From contig OZ024745.1 in assembly GCA_964016885.1 (NCBI GenBank), positions 9,796,001 through 9,860,000 of the forward strand: a stretch of DNA of 64,000 nucleotides, written 5' to 3'. Under the pieces are notes generated by a model, which had not been told where the DNA came from, searched no databases, and worked only from the letters and a program-made list of their open reading frames with translations. Both the position numbers and the translations under genes were made by a program. Below, piece by piece: positions 61,601 through 64,000 of this stretch (its first letter is position 1; every line of letters begins with the position of its first letter). The DNA comes from Eledone cirrhosa (taxonomy: Eukaryota).

Positions 61601-64000
61601 CCAGTATATAACCAAGACATGGTCACTTGACCTCTGTAATCCCAGTATATAACCAAGACATGGTCACTTGACCTCTGTAATCCCAGTATATATCCAAGAC
61701 ATGGTCACTTAACCTCTGTAATCCCAGTATATAACCAAGACATGGTCACTTGACCTCTGTAATCCCAGTATATAACCAAGACATGGTCACTTGACCTCTG
61801 TAATCCCAGTATATAACCAAGACATGGTCACTTGACTTCTGTAATCCCAGTATATAACCAAGACATGGTCACTTGACCTCTGTAATCCCAGTATATAACC
61901 AAGACATGGTCACTTGACCAGTGTAATCCCAGTATATATCCAAGACATGGTCACTTGACCTCTGTAATCCCAGTATATAACCAAGACATGGTCACTTGAC
62001 TTCTGTAATCCCAGTATATAACCAAGACATGGTCACTTGACCTCTGTAATCCCAGTATATAACCAAGACATGGTCACTTGACCAGTGTAATCCCAGTATA
62101 TATCCAAGACATGGTCACTTGACCTCTGTAATCCCAGTATATAACCAAGACATGGTCACTTGACTTCTGTAATCCCAGTATATAACCAAGACATGGTCAC
62201 TTGACCAGTGTAATCCCAGTATATATCCAAGACATGGTCACTTGACCTCTGTAATCCCAGTATATAACCAAGACATGGTCACTTGACTTCTGTAATCCCA
62301 GTATATATCCAAGACATGGTCACTTGACCTCTGTAATCCCAGTATATAACCAAGACATGGTCACTTGACTTCTGTAATCCCAGTATATAACCAAGACATG
62401 GTCACTTGACCAGTGTAATCCCAGTATATATCCAAGACATGGTCACTTGACCTCTGTAATCCCAGTATATAACCAAGACATGGTCACTTGACTTCTGTAA
62501 TCCCAGTATATATCCAAGACATGGTCACTTGACCTCTGTAATCCCAGTATATAACCAAGACATGGTCACTTGACTTCTGTAATCCCAGTATATAACCAAG
62601 TCATGGTCACTTGACCTCTGTAATCCCAGTATATATCCAAGTCATGGTCACTTGACCTCTGTAATCCCAGTATATAACCAAGACATGGTCACTTGACCTC
62701 TGTAATCCCAGTATATATCCAAGACATGGTCACTTGACTTCTGTAATCCCAGTATATAACCAAGACATGGTCACTTGACCAGTGTAATCCCAGTATATAT
62801 CCAAGACATGGTCACTTGACCTCTGTAATCCCAGTATATAACCAAGACATGGTCACTTGACCAGTGTAATCCCAGTATATAACCAAGACATGGTCACTTG
62901 ACCTCTGTAATCCCAGTATATAACCAAGACATGGTCACTTGACCTCTGTAATCCCAGTATATAACCAAGACATGGTCACTTGACCTCTGTAATCCCAGTA
63001 TATAACCAAGACATGGTCACTTGACTTCTGTAATCCCAGTATATAACCAAGACATGGTCACTTGACTTCTGTAATCCCAGTATATAACCAAGACATGGTC
63101 ACTTGACCTCTGTAATCCCAGTATATAACCAAGACATGGTCACTTGACCTCTGTAATCCCAGTATATAACCAAGACATGGTCACTTGACTTCTGTAATCC
63201 CAGTATATAACCAAGACATGGTCACTTGACCAGTGTAATCCCAGTATATAAACAAGACATGGTCACTTGACTTCTGTAATCCCAGTATATAACCAAGACA
63301 TGGTCACTTGACCTCTGTAATCCCAGTATATAACCAAGACATGGTCACTTGACCTCTGTAATCCCAGTATATAACCAAGACATGGTCACTTGACTTCTGT
63401 AATCCCAGTATATAACCAAGACATGGTCACTTGACCAGTGTAATCCCAGTATATAACCAAGACATGGTCACTTGACCTCTGTAATCCCAGTATATAACCA
63501 AGACATGGTCACTTGACTTCTGTAATCCCAGTATATAACCAAGACATGGTCACTTGACTTCTGTAATCCCAGTATATAACCAAGACATGGTCACTTGACC
63601 AGTGTAATCCCAGTATATAACCAAGACATGGTCACTTGACCTCTGTAATCCCAGTATATAACCAAGACATGGTCACTTGACCTCTGTAATCCCAGTATAT
63701 AACCAAGACATGGTCACTTGACTTCTGTAATCCCAGTATATAACCAAGACATGGTCACTTGACCAGTGTAATCCCAGTATATATCCAAGACATGGTCACT
63801 TGACCTCTGTAATCCCAGTATATAACCAAGACATGGTCACTTGACCTCTGTAATCCCAGTATATAACCAAGACATGGTCACTTGACCAGTGTAATCCCAG
63901 TATATAACCAAGACATGGTCACTTGACTTCTGTAATCCCAGTATATAACCAAGTCATGGTCACTTGACCTCTGTAATCCCAGTATATAACCAAGACATGG
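58651..64000. repeat. 41-bp satellite AGTATATAACCAAGACATGGTCACTTGACCTCTGTAATCCC, about 130 units, running off the right edge
   Basis: Direct inspection; variant sites AAC/ATC, CCTCT/CCAGT/CTTCT, ATGG/AGTC. Confidence 0.99.

Noticed and set aside
58651-64000. CRISPR-like regular repeats with an internal palindrome
   Set aside because: Head-to-tail monomers with no unique spacers, no cas genes and a eukaryotic context; this is a satellite.

Overview
Eukaryotic (animal) genomic DNA, AT-rich and repeat-dense. The repeat landscape ((TA)n/(CA)n/(GAT)n microsatellites, RTE LINEs, tRNA-derived SINEs) looks like an octopus/coleoid cephalopod genome; this is an inference. The only host gene I can support is the 5' part of G-protein beta-5 (GNB5) on the minus strand. 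It has three spliced coding exons (54058-54175, 11018-11154, 9123-9164), giving [99 protein letters not shown]. The first coding intron is about 42.9 kb, and the rest of the gene lies left of the window. The remainder is transposons and tandem repeats. These include several RTE families, three near-identical young copies of which lie in alternating orientation at 27.7-37.7 kb and carry a PHD-type zinc finger inside the RT. There are also two SINE families, an internally deleted mariner, MITEs, and short Penelope-like remnants with hammerhead-ribozyme motifs that often form fold-backs in (TA)n tracts. Large tandem arrays include a 41-bp satellite (58651-64000) that grows directly out of a LINE 3' UTR. 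Most long ORFs in the track are low-complexity artefacts.
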